Both the position numbers and the translations under genes were made by a program. A stretch of 62,982 nucleotides of DNA, the filler included, from Octopus bimaculoides (lineage: Eukaryota), in NCBI RefSeq assembly GCF_001194135.2. It is 4 parts of 3 records of this genome, joined end to end, with 100 filler letters (N's around TTAATTAATTAA, not from the genome) between each part and the next. Parts side by side here need not be neighbours in the genome. Positions count along the whole stretch, not along the records: positions 58,555 to 62,982 come from NW_026317149.1; 3 more parts are not named here. The stretch is one strand, 5' to 3'. Below are positions 62,949 to 62,982 of the stretch, in pieces (the stretch's first letter is position 1; each line of letters opens with the position of its first letter). The notes below the pieces were generated by a model. The model searched no databases. It was not told where the DNA came from and saw nothing but the letters and a program-made list of their open reading frames with translations.

Positions 62949-62982
<34 letters not shown>

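Overview
AT-rich, gap-ridden eukaryotic scaffold segment with very dense microsatellites. The repeat landscape (tRNA-derived SINE families, L1/Tx1-, RTE- and R4/Dong-type LINE relics, Tc1/mariner and Helitron relics) looks like an Octopus genome; this is from recollection of octopus repeats, not a database search. I found no complete protein-coding gene, tRNA, rRNA or CRISPR array, so the window is probably intronic or intergenic. Almost all ORFs in the supplied track are microsatellite or N-gap artefacts. The ORFs with recognisable motifs are decayed transposon proteins: three Tc1/mariner transposases, a Helitron PIF1-like helicase with a canonical 3' end, a Helitron-type 23-aa repeat fragment, two L1/Tx1 ORF2 zinc-finger tails, an RTE RT tail, two tandem restriction-like-endonuclease LINE tails and a zinc-knuckle ORF1. 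The most interesting structures are: a fold-back/MITE family (long arm - core - inverted arm) clustered as inverted copies at 27-30 kb and recurring at 55 kb, with a conserved terminal stem-loop; a two-way hammerhead-like palindrome at about 30.35 kb; a SINE-head/LINE-tail fusion; nested (TAA)n-associated LINE tails with an 18-bp flanking duplication; a ~95% identical inverted SINE pair; and a few weak candidate host-gene exons, the best being signal-peptide-like at 11703-11832. Repeat boundaries are approximate and identities were counted by eye.
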